A stretch of DNA of 64,000 nt from Rhizobium sp. Q54 (GTDB lineage Bacteria > Pseudomonadota > Alphaproteobacteria > UBA2966 > CAIVPW01): assembly GCA_945904955.1 (NCBI GenBank), contig CAMDPO010000001.1, positions 28,293-92,292 of the forward strand, in the 5' to 3' direction. The notes under the pieces were generated by a model. It saw nothing but the letters and a program-made list of their open reading frames with translations. It searched no databases and was not told the origin of the DNA. This document shows positions 1-11,769 of this stretch, one piece after another. The translations under genes were made by a program, and so were the position numbers. The number at the start of each line of letters is the position of its first letter. Within the stretch, counting starts at the first letter, position 1.

Positions 1-1007
1 CCCTCACCCTGCGCCATCAGCTGCAGGGCGTGTGGCACGTCGATGGCGCCGCCGTGATTGCTGCCGTCGACGACGCGCACATCGCCACGTTCGCCGAGCA
101 ACTCTACGATCCACTGCTCGGCTGGACGTTCAAGCCCGCGACGACGGCGATTCCGTACACGGCGTTCGACGCGCGTGGCGCACGGCGCGATTCGCGCCCG
201 TGGACGGGGCGCATCGTCGCCTACGGCGATTCCAGGACCTTCGGCGCCAACGTGGCCGACGACGCGACCTGGCCACATGCGCTGGGCGAGCTATTGGGCG
301 AAGGCGTGGCCAACTTCGGCGTGCTGCGCTACGGGCCCGACCAGGCGTTCCTGCGCCTGCGCGAGAACGTCGCGGTGCTGGGGTCGCCTGACGTCGTGAT
401 CTTCGGCATCTCGAGCGACGGCATTGCGCGCGCCGTCAACGCGTGGAGCTACCTCTACGATCGCGAGGAGCCGCTGGCCTTCAAGCCGATGCTGGAGGTG
501 GGCGGCGGACGCTGGCTGCCGAATCCGTTGGCCTCGCTCACCGACCGGGACTCCATCGCAGCCGCGCTCACCACGGCAGCGAGCGCGCCCGACTACTGGC
601 AGATATTCAACGAATCGCGGCCGGTGCCGGAGTTTCCGTACCTGTGGGCGGCTGCCGATACCGCCGACTACCTGCTGGTCCGCGCGCGGCGCTGGCAGGA
701 CCTATGGCAGGAGCCGCGCGCCGTGGCGACCATGGACGCGATCGTCGACGAGCTCGTATCGCTGGCACGCGTGCGCGGCTTCCGGCCGGTGCTGCTGTTC
801 ATTCCGTTGGTGGAGGACGTACGCCTGCATGCGGCGGGCAAGCCCGCGACCTATGCAACGTTCGCTGCGCAAACGGCGAATACGTATGCAGATCGGCTCA
901 TTGTCGCCGACCCGCTGGCGGTGGGCTTCCATGCGGGACTATTTGCTGCCGCACCGAATCAGGTGCTGGCGGAAACGGTGTTCGCCGCCCTTAGAAGCAT
1001 TCCTTGA
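1..1007 (+). CDS. SGNH/GDSL-like hydrolase family protein, 5' end outside the window
   Basis: ORF 30..1007 is open back to base 1 in the same frame. It has a GDS block (VAYGDSRTFG) plus later Gly and Asp/His-containing blocks typical of SGNH hydrolases, and GC3-rich codons. Confidence 0.5.
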   Translation, partial: LTLRHQLQGVWHVDGAAVIAAVDDAHIATFAEQLYDPLLGWTFKPATTAIPYTAFDARGARRDSRPWTGRIVAYGDSRTFGANVADDATWPHALGELLGEGVANFGVLRYGPDQAFLRLRENVAVLGSPDVVIFGISSDGIARAVNAWSYLYDREEPLAFKPMLEVGGGRWLPNPLASLTDRDSIAAALTTAASAPDYWQIFNESRPVPEFPYLWAAADTADYLLVRARRWQDLWQEPRAVATMDAIVDELVSLARVRGFRPVLLFIPLVEDVRLHAAGKPATYATFAAQTANTYADRLIVADPLAVGFHAGLFAAAPNQVLAETVFAALRSIP

Positions 1008-1476
1008 AGTTCGAGCGCTCACAGGCGGCCGCCATTTCGTGCGCCTTGTCGCGCTGGGCGAAGGTCAGCGTGGCCTCGAGTTCGTCGCGATCAACGGCGC
1101 GGGCCGGCACGCGATCGGCTGCCAGGCTCAGCCACATGTCGCCGCGCACCGGATCCGCGTCGACGCCGAGACCGCGTGCGTACATCGTGCCGAGCAGGGT
1201 GAAGGCGTAGGTGTCGCCCTGCTCCGCCGCCATCCGGTACAGCCGAACCGCTTCGACGTAGTTGCGCGTCGTGCCGCGGGCGAAGGCGTGCATCATTCCG
1301 AGCTGCACCTGGGCGAGGGGATGACCCTGCTCCGCGGCCGTGCGGTACAGCCGCAACGCCGCCGGATAGTCGGCGCGGTCGTAGGCGGCGAGAGCGTCCT
1401 CGTAGGGGCCGGCGACAGCTGGCGCCGCGCCGGCGACCAGCAGAGCGACCAAGACTCCGCGCGCCAAGCTTTTCAT
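991..1476 (-). CDS. Sel1-repeat (TPR-like) secreted protein
   Basis: ORF 991..1518 taken from the internal Met (MKSLARGVLVALLVAGAAPAVAG signal peptide). It has repeated Sel1 motifs (AEQGHPLAQVQLGMMHAFARG, AEQGDTYAFTLLGTMYARGLG). Its start abuts the stop of the upstream gene at 1478. Confidence 0.6.
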   Translation of the reverse strand: MKSLARGVLVALLVAGAAPAVAGPYEDALAAYDRADYPAALRLYRTAAEQGHPLAQVQLGMMHAFARGTTRNYVEAVRLYRMAAEQGDTYAFTLLGTMYARGLGVDADPVRGDMWLSLAADRVPARAVDRDELEATLTFAQRDKAHEMAAACERSNFKECF

Positions 1477-1477
1477 G

Positions 1478-2185
1478 TCACAGCGCCTGCGCGATGTGGC
1501 GCAGCGTGCCGGCTGCATCGCTGTGGACGATGGTGCCGTGGCACGGGATGAGGCGTGTGAGGCCCGGGATCGCAGCCCATCTCTGGAAGTCCGCGCGCAG
1601 GGCCTCCTTGTCTCTCATGAAGAACAGCTTGAAGATCGGCGGCACCTTTGGCCCGGTGAATCCGATCATGCGCAAGAACCACGGCGTCGTGGCCGGATCG
1701 TTGTTCTGGAAGGCGTCGCAGAACACCAGGCTGGTGCGCGCGCCGTTGCCGCTGCGCGCGATGACGATCGGCTCGTCGCTCTTGGTGCCGGCAACCTCCG
1801 CAACCGCGACGGCGGGATCGGGTGGGATGTCTTCCAAGGCTCCGTCGGTGTCGAACTTGGCGCGCATCTTGGCGACTTGCGACTTCGGCCCGAACAGCTT
1901 GAGGCCAAGGCGCTCGCGGAATGGATGCGCATCGATGCCGTGATTGTCGTGGGCGACGATCAGATACGCGGGCTTCCCCCACGCCAGAATCTCGGCGAGC
2001 ACCTCATCGCGTACGGGAACCGCGTGATAGAACAGCAGCGTTCCGTCCGAGCGCTTGACGATGGTCATGCGCCGTTTGTGCGGCAGGCCCGGCACGGAGC
2101 CCTGCACCGCCCACAGGTTGTCATCGAGCTTCTCGATGGGGTCGTGCGGCGCCACGATCCACGGACGCGTGCGGTGCTTCGACAT
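1478..2185 (-). CDS. hypothetical protein (possibly DUF4336-like), co-oriented with the Sel1 gene
   Basis: 235-aa ORF with good GC3 bias and no recognisable catalytic motif. The family assignment is tentative. Confidence 0.4.
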   Translation of the reverse strand: MSKHRTRPWIVAPHDPIEKLDDNLWAVQGSVPGLPHKRRMTIVKRSDGTLLFYHAVPVRDEVLAEILAWGKPAYLIVAHDNHGIDAHPFRERLGLKLFGPKSQVAKMRAKFDTDGALEDIPPDPAVAVAEVAGTKSDEPIVIARSGNGARTSLVFCDAFQNNDPATTPWFLRMIGFTGPKVPPIFKLFFMRDKEALRADFQRWAAIPGLTRLIPCHGTIVHSDAAGTLRHIAQAL

Positions 2186-2263
2186 TGGTGGTCCGCTCCT
2201 TTGGTTGCGCTATCGCGCAACGCTGCAATCCACCCAAACTGTCTCCCGCTTGGGAGGCCCAGC

Positions 2264-3646
2264 TTACGCGAGCTTCCGTTTTCGGAAGCGGCCGAGATCG
2301 GCGGTGCTGAGGCCGACCTTCAAATGCGCCACGCCGTCGCCGTCGTCGGTGCGTTCGTGGACGACGCCCTTGGCGTAGATCCACGCCATCATCTGGCCGT
2401 CACTGAGCGGCACGTCGAGATCGACGATCTGGCGGCCGGCCGACAGCTTTTCCTCGATGGCGGCGAGCAGGCGATCGGTGCCCTCCCCCGTCGTCGCGGA
2501 AACCGCCGCCTGTTGCGGTCCGTCTTGGCCTTGCGCGCCGCCGCTGCGACGCGCGGCCGAGTTCTCGACGTGGCGGCGCTGGTCGTCATCGAGCAGGTCG
2601 ATCTTGTTGAGAATCTCGATGGCGTGGGCCTGGGTCTCCGCCGTCACGCCCAGGTCGTTGAGCACGCCGAGCACGTCATCGCGTTGCGCTTCCGAGTCCG
2701 GATGGGCGACGTCGCGCACGTGCAGGATGAGGTCGGCCTGCAGCACCTCCTCGAGGGTGGCGCGGAACGCGGCGACCAACTCGGTCGGCAGGTCGGCGAT
2801 GAAGCCGACGGTGTCGGACAGAATGGCTTTGCGGCCGCTCGGCAATTCGAGGGCGCGCATGGTCGGGTCGAGGGTCGCGAACAGCATATCCGCTGCGAGT
2901 ACGTCGGCCTTGGTCAGGCGATTGAACAGCGTCGACTTGCCGGCGTTGGTATAGCCGACCAGGGCGACCACGGGCCACGGCACGCGGGCGCGATTGTCGC
3001 GATGGATGCCGCGCGTCTTCTTGCTGCGATCGAGGTCGCGCTTGATGACCTTGATGCGGTCGTCGATGTGCCGCCGGTCGGCCTCGATCTGGGTCTCGCC
3101 GGGGCCGCCGAGGAAGCCGAAACCGCCCCGCTGGCGCTCCAAGTGAGTCCACGAACGCACCAGGCGGCCGCGCTGGTACTGCAGCGCCGCGAGCTCGACC
3201 TGCAGTGCGCCTTCGCGCGTGCGGGCGCGCTCGCCGAAAATCTCCAGGATCAGGCCAGTGCGGTCGATGACCTTGCAGTCGAGCTCCTTTTCCAGGTTGC
3301 GCTGCTGCGCACCGGTGAGCGGCCCGTCGAAGATGAGGATGTCGATTTTTTCCTCGGCGACGAGGCCCTTCATGGTCGTGACGCGGCCCTCGCCCAGGAA
3401 GGTCCGGGGGTTCGGCAGCTGCACGGACACGACCTCGGCGTGGCGCACCTCGAGGCCGATCGCGCCGGCGAGGCCGACCGCCTCAGCGAGACTCGCCTCG
3501 GGCGTGCGGCGCAGGTCGCGCGCACCCTTGCGCTGGTGCGGATGGACGACGAACGCACGTTGGGGGCCGACGCGCGGAGGTTCCTCCGGCCCGCGCCGGC
3601 CCTCCGGCTCTTGGTCTACTTCAGGTTTCTTCGCGTTCCGCGCCAT
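2264..3646 (-). CDS. hflX: GTPase HflX
   Basis: It has G1 [10 protein letters not shown]3 DTVGF and G4 NKID motifs and an HflX N-terminal domain. It lies immediately downstream of hfq. The ORF start overlaps the hfq 3' end by about 26 nt, and no alternative start exists in frame. Confidence 0.88.
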   Translation of the reverse strand: MARNAKKPEVDQEPEGRRGPEEPPRVGPQRAFVVHPHQRKGARDLRRTPEASLAEAVGLAGAIGLEVRHAEVVSVQLPNPRTFLGEGRVTTMKGLVAEEKIDILIFDGPLTGAQQRNLEKELDCKVIDRTGLILEIFGERARTREGALQVELAALQYQRGRLVRSWTHLERQRGGFGFLGGPGETQIEADRRHIDDRIKVIKRDLDRSKKTRGIHRDNRARVPWPVVALVGYTNAGKSTLFNRLTKADVLAADMLFATLDPTMRALELPSGRKAILSDTVGFIADLPTELVAAFRATLEEVLQADLILHVRDVAHPDSEAQRDDVLGVLNDLGVTAETQAHAIEILNKIDLLDDDQRRHVENSAARRSGGAQGQDGPQQAAVSATTGEGTDRLLAAIEEKLSAGRQIVDLDVPLSDGQMMAWIYAKGVVHERTDDGDGVAHLKVGLSTADLGRFRKRKLA

Positions 3647-3878
3647 CGGTTTCCGTCTCGAACAATTGCACTGCCTGGGACGGCATCACCGTGGATACCG
3701 CGTGTTTGTAGACCAACTGGGAGTGCCCTTCGCGCCGCAACAGCAGCGAGAAATTGTCGAACCAGGTGATGACGCCCTGGAGCTTGACCCCGTTGACCAG
3801 GAACACGGTCACCGGAAGCTTGCTCTTGCGCACATGATTGAGGAACACGTCCTGGAGGTTTTGCGTCTTCTCGGCCAT
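3621..3878 (-). CDS. hfq: RNA chaperone Hfq
   Basis: 85 aa with Sm1/Sm2 motifs ([27 protein letters not shown]) and an acidic C-terminal tail. Order hfq then hflX is the classical arrangement. Confidence 0.95.
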   Translation of the reverse strand: MAEKTQNLQDVFLNHVRKSKLPVTVFLVNGVKLQGVITWFDNFSLLLRREGHSQLVYKHAVSTVMPSQAVQLFETETDGAEREET

Positions 3879-3961
3879 AGCGGCACCCTCCTTATTCTTG
3901 TTTGTGTAGGTGCCTGTATTCCCCGGACTGGCCGGTTCGCAGACCCTACAGTTCGATGAAC

Positions 3962-4873
3962 TTACGCAACCTTGGCTGTTTTTTGTAGGGGGCGAACGGG
4001 CACCCCCGCTAGCGCCGCAGCAACCCTCGCTTCGTAGAGCGGGCGAATACGCGCGTAGACGGGCCCCGGCTTGCCCTTGTCAGCGCCTTGGCCGATGGCG
4101 TGGCCGTCGAGGGCGACGACCGGCAGCACGTAGGACGTGGTGCTGGTGACCATCGCCTCGCGCGCGGCCAGGGCCTCGGCGCGGCTGAAGGCGCGTTCGA
4201 CGACCTGGACGCCGGCCTCGCGGCACGCGTCGAGCAGCGACGCCCGGGTGACGCCGCCGAGCAGCGCGGTGCCGAGGGCGCGGGTGACGAGATGGCCCTT
4301 CTTGTCGACGATCCAGGCGTTGGAGGCGCTGCCTTCGGTGACGTCGCCGGCGTCGTCGATCAGCCAGGCCTCGTAGGCGCCGGCCGCAGTGGCCTGCTGG
4401 CGCGCCAGGATGTTCGGCAGCAGCGCGATCGACTTGATGTCGCAGCGGCCCCAGCGGATGTCCGGCAGGCTGATGACCTTGACCCCGTCGCGCACGGCGG
4501 ACTCGTTCGGCGGCGCCACGGTGCGCGAGGTGACGACCAGGGCGGGATCGGTGTTCTTGGGGAAGGCGTGGGCGCGCCTGGCGACGCCCCGGGTAACCTG
4601 CATGTAGACGATGCCGGTGACGACGCGGTTGCGCCGCACCGTCTCGCGCACGACCACGCGCAGCGCCGCGCGCGCCATGGGCGCGGCGATTTCGAGGCCG
4701 GCGAGCGAGCGATCGAGGCGGTCGAAGTGCGGCTCGAGATCGACGAGTTGGCCCTCGCGCACCGCGATGACCTCGTAGACACCATCGGCGAACTGGTAGC
4801 CGCGATCCTCGATGTGGACGCCGGCGACGCTGTGCGGGACGTACTGGCCGTTGACGTAAGAGATACGAGACAA
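3962..4873 (-). CDS. dat: D-amino-acid (D-alanine) aminotransferase, PLP fold type IV
   Basis: Strong similarity to Bacillus D-amino-acid aminotransferase motifs ([48 protein letters not shown]). I chose the TTG start at 4873, which is preceded by GAGGAA. The ORF's upstream part (to 4960) runs through a REP element and encodes the spurious PELVEGRG / LRQAQHE peptide. Confidence 0.78.
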   Translation of the reverse strand: MSRISYVNGQYVPHSVAGVHIEDRGYQFADGVYEVIAVREGQLVDLEPHFDRLDRSLAGLEIAAPMARAALRVVVRETVRRNRVVTGIVYMQVTRGVARRAHAFPKNTDPALVVTSRTVAPPNESAVRDGVKVISLPDIRWGRCDIKSIALLPNILARQQATAAGAYEAWLIDDAGDVTEGSASNAWIVDKKGHLVTRALGTALLGGVTRASLLDACREAGVQVVERAFSRAEALAAREAMVTSTTSYVLPVVALDGHAIGQGADKGKPGPVYARIRPLYEARVAAALAGVPVRPLQKTAKVA

Positions 4874-4875
4874 GG

Positions 4876-4960
4876 TGTTGTTCCTCAGAACCTCATGCTG
4901 AGCCTGTCGAAGCATTAGGCGTGGTGAGCCTCGTCCTTCGACAAGCTCAGGACGAAGCAA
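4876..4960. repeat. REP-like hairpin element (CTGAGCYTGTCGAAG ... CTTCGACARGCTCAG), same family as 23750-23822
   Basis: Imperfect inverted repeat ctcatgctgagcctgtcgaag / cttcgacaagctcaggacgaag with a loop of about 22 nt. A second copy of the core lies in the eno-ftsB spacer. Confidence 0.6.
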
Positions 4961-4966
4961 GCGTTG

Positions 4967-6376
4967 TCAGTTCGGTGCGCCCGGAACTCCGCCCTGGCCG
5001 CCGCGTTCGTTGGCGACGCCGAGCGCCTTGAGCTTGCGGTGCAGGGCCGAGCGTTCCATGCCGACGAAGCTTGCGGTGCGCGAGACGTTGCCGCCGAAGC
5101 GGGTGATCTGGGCGGTGAGGTACTCGCGCTCGAATACCTCCCGCGCTTCGCGCAGGGCCAGCGACATGATGTCCTCGGCGCCGGACGGCAGCACCGTGGC
5201 GATGGTGCCGGCGCCGAGCTCGGCCGGCAGCATCGAGGCCTGGATCACCGGCGCGTCGGACGGCGCCATGATGAGCAGGCGCTCGATCAGGTTGCGCAGC
5301 TCGCGCACGTTACCGGGCCACTCGTAGGCCTGGAGGATCGCCATGGCGTCCTCGTCGATCTCGCGGCCAGGCAGGCCGGTGCTCTCGGCGGTGCGGCGGA
5401 TGAAATGGCGCGCCAGCATCGGGATGTCCTCGCGGCGGTCGCGCAGGGCCGGCACGCGGATCGGCACAACGTTGAGGCGGTGGAACAGATCTTCGCGGAA
5501 GCGGCCGAGGGCGATCTCATCGTGCAGGTCGCGCGATGACGCCGAGATGACGCGCACGTCGACCTGGATCTTGGTGGTGCCGCCGACGCGCTCGAAGGTC
5601 TGGTCCTGGAGCACGCGCAGGATCTTGGCCTGGGTTTCGAGGGGCATGTCGGCGACGTGGTCGAGGAACAGCGTGCCACCGTGGGCCTGCTCGAAGGTGC
5701 CGACCTTGCGGGCGCCGCCGCTGATCCCGTCCTCCGTGCCGAACAGTTCGACTTCCATGCGTTCGGGCGCCATCGCCGCGGCGTTGACGACGACGAACGG
5801 GCCGTCGGCGCGCTTGGACATGGAATGCACCATGCGCGCCACGACTTCCTTGCCCGAGCCGGGCGGTCCGGAGATGAGCACGCGGCTGCCGGTCGGCGCG
5901 ACCTTCTCGACGGCGTTGTGCAGCGCGGTGACGGCCGGCGAGGTACCGATCAGATCGGTCTCGGGTCCGCCGCGCAGGCGCAGCTCGCGATTCTCGCGGC
6001 GCAGGCGCGCCGCTTCGATGCCGCGCCGCACCATGGTGATGAGACGGTCGGCCTGGAAAGGCTTCTCGATGTAGTCGTAGGCGCCGGCCTTGATGGCAGC
6101 GACGGCGGTTTCGATGTTGCCGTGGCCGGAGATCATGATCACCGGCAGGTCGGGATCGTCGGCGAGCACGCGCTCCAGCACCTTGAAGCCGTCGATAGCG
6201 CTGCCGTTCAACCAGATGTCGAGGATGAGCAGCGTGGGCAGGCGCGCACGCATGCCTTCGAGGCCGGCCTCGGCGCTGGCGGCCGAGCGCGCCTGGTAAC
6301 CCTCGTCCTGGAGGATGCCGGACACGAGCTCGCAGATGTCGGCTTCGTCGTCGACGATCAGGATGTCATGCGCCAT
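4967..6376 (-). CDS. ntrX: sigma-54-dependent response regulator NtrX
   Basis: Receiver domain (DDEADI...D54), AAA+ sigma-54 interaction domain (GPPGSGKE, GAFTGA-like ESELFG, arginine finger) and a C-terminal HTH. It follows ntrY. Confidence 0.9.
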   Translation of the reverse strand: MAHDILIVDDEADICELVSGILQDEGYQARSAASAEAGLEGMRARLPTLLILDIWLNGSAIDGFKVLERVLADDPDLPVIMISGHGNIETAVAAIKAGAYDYIEKPFQADRLITMVRRGIEAARLRRENRELRLRGGPETDLIGTSPAVTALHNAVEKVAPTGSRVLISGPPGSGKEVVARMVHSMSKRADGPFVVVNAAAMAPERMEVELFGTEDGISGGARKVGTFEQAHGGTLFLDHVADMPLETQAKILRVLQDQTFERVGGTTKIQVDVRVISASSRDLHDEIALGRFREDLFHRLNVVPIRVPALRDRREDIPMLARHFIRRTAESTGLPGREIDEDAMAILQAYEWPGNVRELRNLIERLLIMAPSDAPVIQASMLPAELGAGTIATVLPSGAEDIMSLALREAREVFEREYLTAQITRFGGNVSRTASFVGMERSALHRKLKALGVANERGGQGGVPGAPN

Positions 6377-6409
6377 GGCGGATGGGGACCCGATTCCTAA
6401 AGGATGCGG

Positions 6410-8665
6410 CTAGACGGCAGAACGCAGCGGCAAGCGCGTGACGGTCGGCGCTACCGCCATGGGCGGATCGGCCAGGAGATGCAGGCCGACGCAGGCGCCG
6501 CCCCCCGCCCGGTCGTCGAGGGTCAGGCGGCCGCCGTGGTCGTCCAAGACCCTGGCGACGATGGCGAGGCCGAGGCCGGTGCCCTTCTCGCGGGTCGTGA
6601 AGTACGGCTCGGTCAGGCGGGCTCGGTCGCCGTGCGGCAAGCCCTTGCCGTTGTCGAGCACCTCGAGCAGAGCGCCGTTGGCTTCGGTCGTCACGCGCAC
6701 GACGATCTCGCCGGGCGCCAGGCCGTCGGCGGCTGGCCGCTCGGTGATCGCCTGGGTGGCGTTGAGCAAGAGGTTGGTCATCACCTGCGCGATCTGGCGG
6801 CTGTCGCAATGCACGCTGACCGGCAGGTCGGGCGCCTCGACGCGGTAGGTGATGTTCGGATTGGCGACCTTCTGCAGGAAAAGCGCCTGACGCGCGAGCT
6901 CGCTCAGGTTTTCCTCGCGGAACACCGGCGCGGGCATGCGTGCGAACGACGAGAACTCGTCGATCAGCCGGCCGATGTCGCCGACCTGGCGGATGATCGT
7001 GTCGGTGCACTGCTTGAAGACCTCGGGATCCGAGGCGACTTCCAGGGCGTACTTGCGCTTGAGGCGCTCGGCCGAGAGCTGGATCGGCGTCAGCGGGTTC
7101 TTGATTTCATGGGCGATGCGCCGGGCGATGTCGGCCCACGCGGCGTTGCGCTGGGCGGACAACAGCTCGGTGACGTCGTCGAAGGTGACGACGAAGCCAA
7201 GGATGGTGCCGGCCGAGCCTTCCGCGGCGATGCGCACGAGCAGCGTGTGGGTGACGCCGCCGCGCATGATGGCGACCTGGCCCTGGGCGAGCCGCCACGG
7301 GCGCTCGCGCGCCTCGGCGAGCAGCCCGTTGAGTTCGGGCACCGCATCGACGAACGGCGTGCCGGACAGCGCTTCGGCACTGCTACCCAACAGCTGAACG
7401 GCGGTACGGTTGGGCAGGTTGATGCGGCCGTCCGCGTCGAGGCCGACGACGCCCGACGAGACGCCCGACAGCACCGCCTCGGTGAAGCGGCGCCGGTTGT
7501 CGAGCTGCTGGTTGGCGTCGATGAGCTCGCCGCGCTGGTTTTCCAGCTGGCTCGTCATGCGGTTGAAGGCGCGACTGAGACTGGCGACCTCGTCGTCGGC
7601 CGGGCCCTCGGTGACGCGCGCGGACAGGTCGCCGGTGCGGATGCGCTCGGCCGCCTGCACCAGCGCCGACACCGGCGCGATCAGGCGTGATGCGAAGAAC
7701 AGCGCCAGCCACACGGCGGCGAGCAGCAGCAACAGCGCCACCAGGATGAACACCAGGGCGAAGCGCACCTGGAAGGCCGAGCGTTCGTTGTACAGGCGCT
7801 CGTATTCGGCGACGGCGTTGCGCGTAGCGTCGGCCTGCAGGAGCAGCGTCGTGTCGACGAAGCGGCCGACATAGAGGTAGGCGTCGACGAGGCGGTCGAT
7901 GCGCACCAGGGCGCGCACCCGCGTCTCGTCGTCGGTGGTGGCGACGACGACCTCGCCGCGCTCGGCGCGGTCGTACGCGGCGACCGGCGCCTGGTCGAAC
8001 TGCATGCTGAAGCTGAGGCCGGACCGCGCCAGCACGCGGCCATAGCGATCGAACACGATCGCTTCGGGCAGGTTGCGGGAACGCGTCTCGGAGTCGAGCA
8101 ATTGACGGAAGCGCACCGGGTCGTTGCGGATGACCGCGGCCTGGCGGTTGATCTCCGCCGCCATGGCTAGCACGTCGGCGCGGATGCGGTTGCTGTGCTC
8201 GGCGACGTAGGCCTCGGCAACCTCGACCGAGGCGGTGAGCGCGGTGCTGACGCGCTCGTCAAACCACGATTGCAGGCCGAGGTTGAAGAACAACGCCGAG
8301 AAGATCGCGACGATGATGGCTGGCACCACCGCCAGCAGGCCGAACAGGACGACCAGACGGCTGTGCAGGCGCGAGCCGACCGAGCCGCGGCGTCGCTCGA
8401 TCCACAACAGCACGAGGCGGCGCGACACGACGACGCCGAGCGCGAGCACGACGACCAGGTCGACGATCATCAGCGACAGCACCGCATCGGGGTCTGGCCC
8501 CAGCGGACCGGTGCGGGTCACGGCGACGTAGGTGGCAACTCCGGAGCCGACGGCGAGCAGCGCCAGGGAGATGGCGAGACGGCGGCCGAGCTCGGCGCTA
8601 CGCGCCCAGCGCATGAACCGCGAGGTCGACGACAGGCTTTCGAGAGCCGGGGTGTCTACCGACAT
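6410..8665 (-). CDS. ntrY: sensor histidine kinase NtrY
   Basis: N-terminal TM segments, HAMP, PAS, HisKA (HEIKNPLTPI) and HATPase_c (GTGLGLAIV) domains. The start is taken at MSVDTPALE (Met 19 of the ORF). Confidence 0.85.
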   Translation of the reverse strand: MSVDTPALESLSSTSRFMRWARSAELGRRLAISLALLAVGSGVATYVAVTRTGPLGPDPDAVLSLMIVDLVVVLALGVVVSRRLVLLWIERRRGSVGSRLHSRLVVLFGLLAVVPAIIVAIFSALFFNLGLQSWFDERVSTALTASVEVAEAYVAEHSNRIRADVLAMAAEINRQAAVIRNDPVRFRQLLDSETRSRNLPEAIVFDRYGRVLARSGLSFSMQFDQAPVAAYDRAERGEVVVATTDDETRVRALVRIDRLVDAYLYVGRFVDTTLLLQADATRNAVAEYERLYNERSAFQVRFALVFILVALLLLLAAVWLALFFASRLIAPVSALVQAAERIRTGDLSARVTEGPADDEVASLSRAFNRMTSQLENQRGELIDANQQLDNRRRFTEAVLSGVSSGVVGLDADGRINLPNRTAVQLLGSSAEALSGTPFVDAVPELNGLLAEARERPWRLAQGQVAIMRGGVTHTLLVRIAAEGSAGTILGFVVTFDDVTELLSAQRNAAWADIARRIAHEIKNPLTPIQLSAERLKRKYALEVASDPEVFKQCTDTIIRQVGDIGRLIDEFSSFARMPAPVFREENLSELARQALFLQKVANPNITYRVEAPDLPVSVHCDSRQIAQVMTNLLLNATQAITERPAADGLAPGEIVVRVTTEANGALLEVLDNGKGLPHGDRARLTEPYFTTREKGTGLGLAIVARVLDDHGGRLTLDDRAGGGACVGLHLLADPPMAVAPTVTRLPLRSAV

Positions 8666-8920
8666 CGTCAGCGGGCCGGCTCTTGGAGGACAAGACCGGC
8701 AGCGGCGGGTAAGGCGCACCCCCCCGTCAAGGCGAGGGCCGGTCGTGGCAGGGGTGCGATCTGGAAGCTTGCTTTCATTGCGCCTTGGGCAGCCGCGGCG
8801 GTCGTCAGGCGTCCGCCCTCTACCAAAGGGCGGGACCGGACTCTACGCACGTAGTTGCAGTCCGGCAACAGTGGCGGAGGGTTAGGCCGCCCCAGCCGGT
8901 GCCCTGGGGCGCTTGGTCTG

Positions 8921-10358
<1,438 letters not shown>

Positions 10359-10372
<14 letters not shown>

Positions 10373-11549
10373 TGTCTCCTATCTGGATCGCGCGGGACGC
10401 GCGTGAATCGTCGTTCGCGCGGTTCGCCCGCGCTTCATCGTGGATGTAGATGGGCAAGCGCACGCGGAAGATCGTCCGGCGCGGTTCGGATTCGAATTCG
10501 ACGACGCCGCGCAGATCGCGCACGACCTTGGCAACCAGGGCAAGGCCGAGACCGGTGCCGCCCGGCTTGCTGGTGACGAAGGCGTCGAACAGGTGCGCGC
10601 GCATCTCCTCGGACACGCCGGGACCGTTATCGAGCACGCTGATCTCGAGCGGCAGGCTCATGCGTTCGCGTGTGCCCGGCACGTTGACGCGCACGCCTTG
10701 GCGGTACGCCGTGGTCAGGACGACGTCGCCGCCGCCGGACTCGGGCGCAGCCTCGCAGGCGTTCTTGACGAGATTCAGGAACACCTGGATGAGGCCATTG
10801 CGGTCGGCGGCCGCCGGCGGCAAGGACGGGTCGTAGCGCTCGGTGAAGCGCACGTGGCGGCCGAAGCCGCCCTGCGCCAGCTTGCGGACATGGCCCAGCA
10901 CCTCGTGGATATTGACGGGGCGCACCTGGACCGTGCCCTCCTCGCCGAACTGATCCATTTGGTCGATGAGGGCGCAGATGCGATCGGTTTCGTGACGGAT
11001 GAGCTGCGTCAGTTCGCGGTCGGCCTCGCTGCAGTTCTGCTCGAGGAGCTGCGCGGCGCCGGAAATCCCGGACAGCGGGTTCTTGACCTCGTGGGCGAGC
11101 AGCCGGGCGATGCCCATGACGGAGCGCGCGGCGCCGCGGTAGCTGAGCTGGCGATCCATGCTCTCGGCGATGGAGCGCGGACGCACCGAGACGACCAGAC
11201 TGCCGGGCGCTTCGAGGACGGGCGAGACACCGACATCGACGCGATGAGCACCGAGCCGCGGGCCCGCAACCTCGACGCCGTGGTCGGAGAGGCCGCTGCC
11301 GTGCTTGCGCACCATGGCGACCAAGGCGACCAACGGGCTGTCGGCGGTGACCAGCGACGCGAGCGACGCCCCGCGCAGGCTGGACGAGGCGGCGCCGAAG
11401 AACTGCTCAGCGGCCGGATTCACCCAGTGGATCGAGTCATCGGCGTCGATGACGAGGACCGGGTCCGGCAACGCGGCAAGAACCACGTCGGCGCTGATCG
11501 CCGCGGTTCTGGGCAGACTCACAGCTTGACCTTCAATTTCGCTGATCAC
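10359..11549 (-). CDS. ntrB: nitrogen regulation sensor kinase NR(II) NtrB
   Basis: PAS domain, H-box ([10 protein letters not shown]), N and G boxes (GTGLGLALV), about 396 aa, preceding ntrC. Confidence 0.85.
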
Positions 11550-11699
11550 GTAGGCAACGAGCGTCCCAAAGTCCGTATCAACTTACCGGTTATTGATTAA
11601 ATATTGGGCGGAAAGTCCGGTGGTGGACAAACCTTGGGCAGCATACGCGGGACGGCGCGGGAGAACAAGGGCATCCATTGTTCGGACGCTACGGAGCAG

Positions 11700-11756
11700 G
11701 GCCGCAAAAAAGTGAAGCGGCCGACCAGTTGCCTGGCCGGCCGCCCGGTCGGGACC
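11700..11756 (-). terminator. putative rho-independent terminator downstream of the degP-like gene
   Basis: GC-rich stem CCGACC...GGTCGG followed on the minus strand by a T-run (plus-strand gcaaaaaag), just 3' of the stop at 11770. Confidence 0.35.
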
Positions 11757-11769
11757 CCACGGCGTTAGT

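Noticed and set aside
2186-2263. GTTGCGC-tatc-GCGCAAC palindrome between hflX and the DUF4336-like gene
   Set aside because: It is a short 7-bp stem with no adjacent U-run on the relevant strand. It could be a protein-binding site, but the evidence is insufficient to call a terminator or operator.
1475-3769. 764-aa plus-strand ORF
   Set aside because: It is antisense to hflX/hfq, Arg/Ala/Gly-rich, and has no domain logic. This is a typical spurious long ORF on the opposite strand of genes in high-GC DNA.
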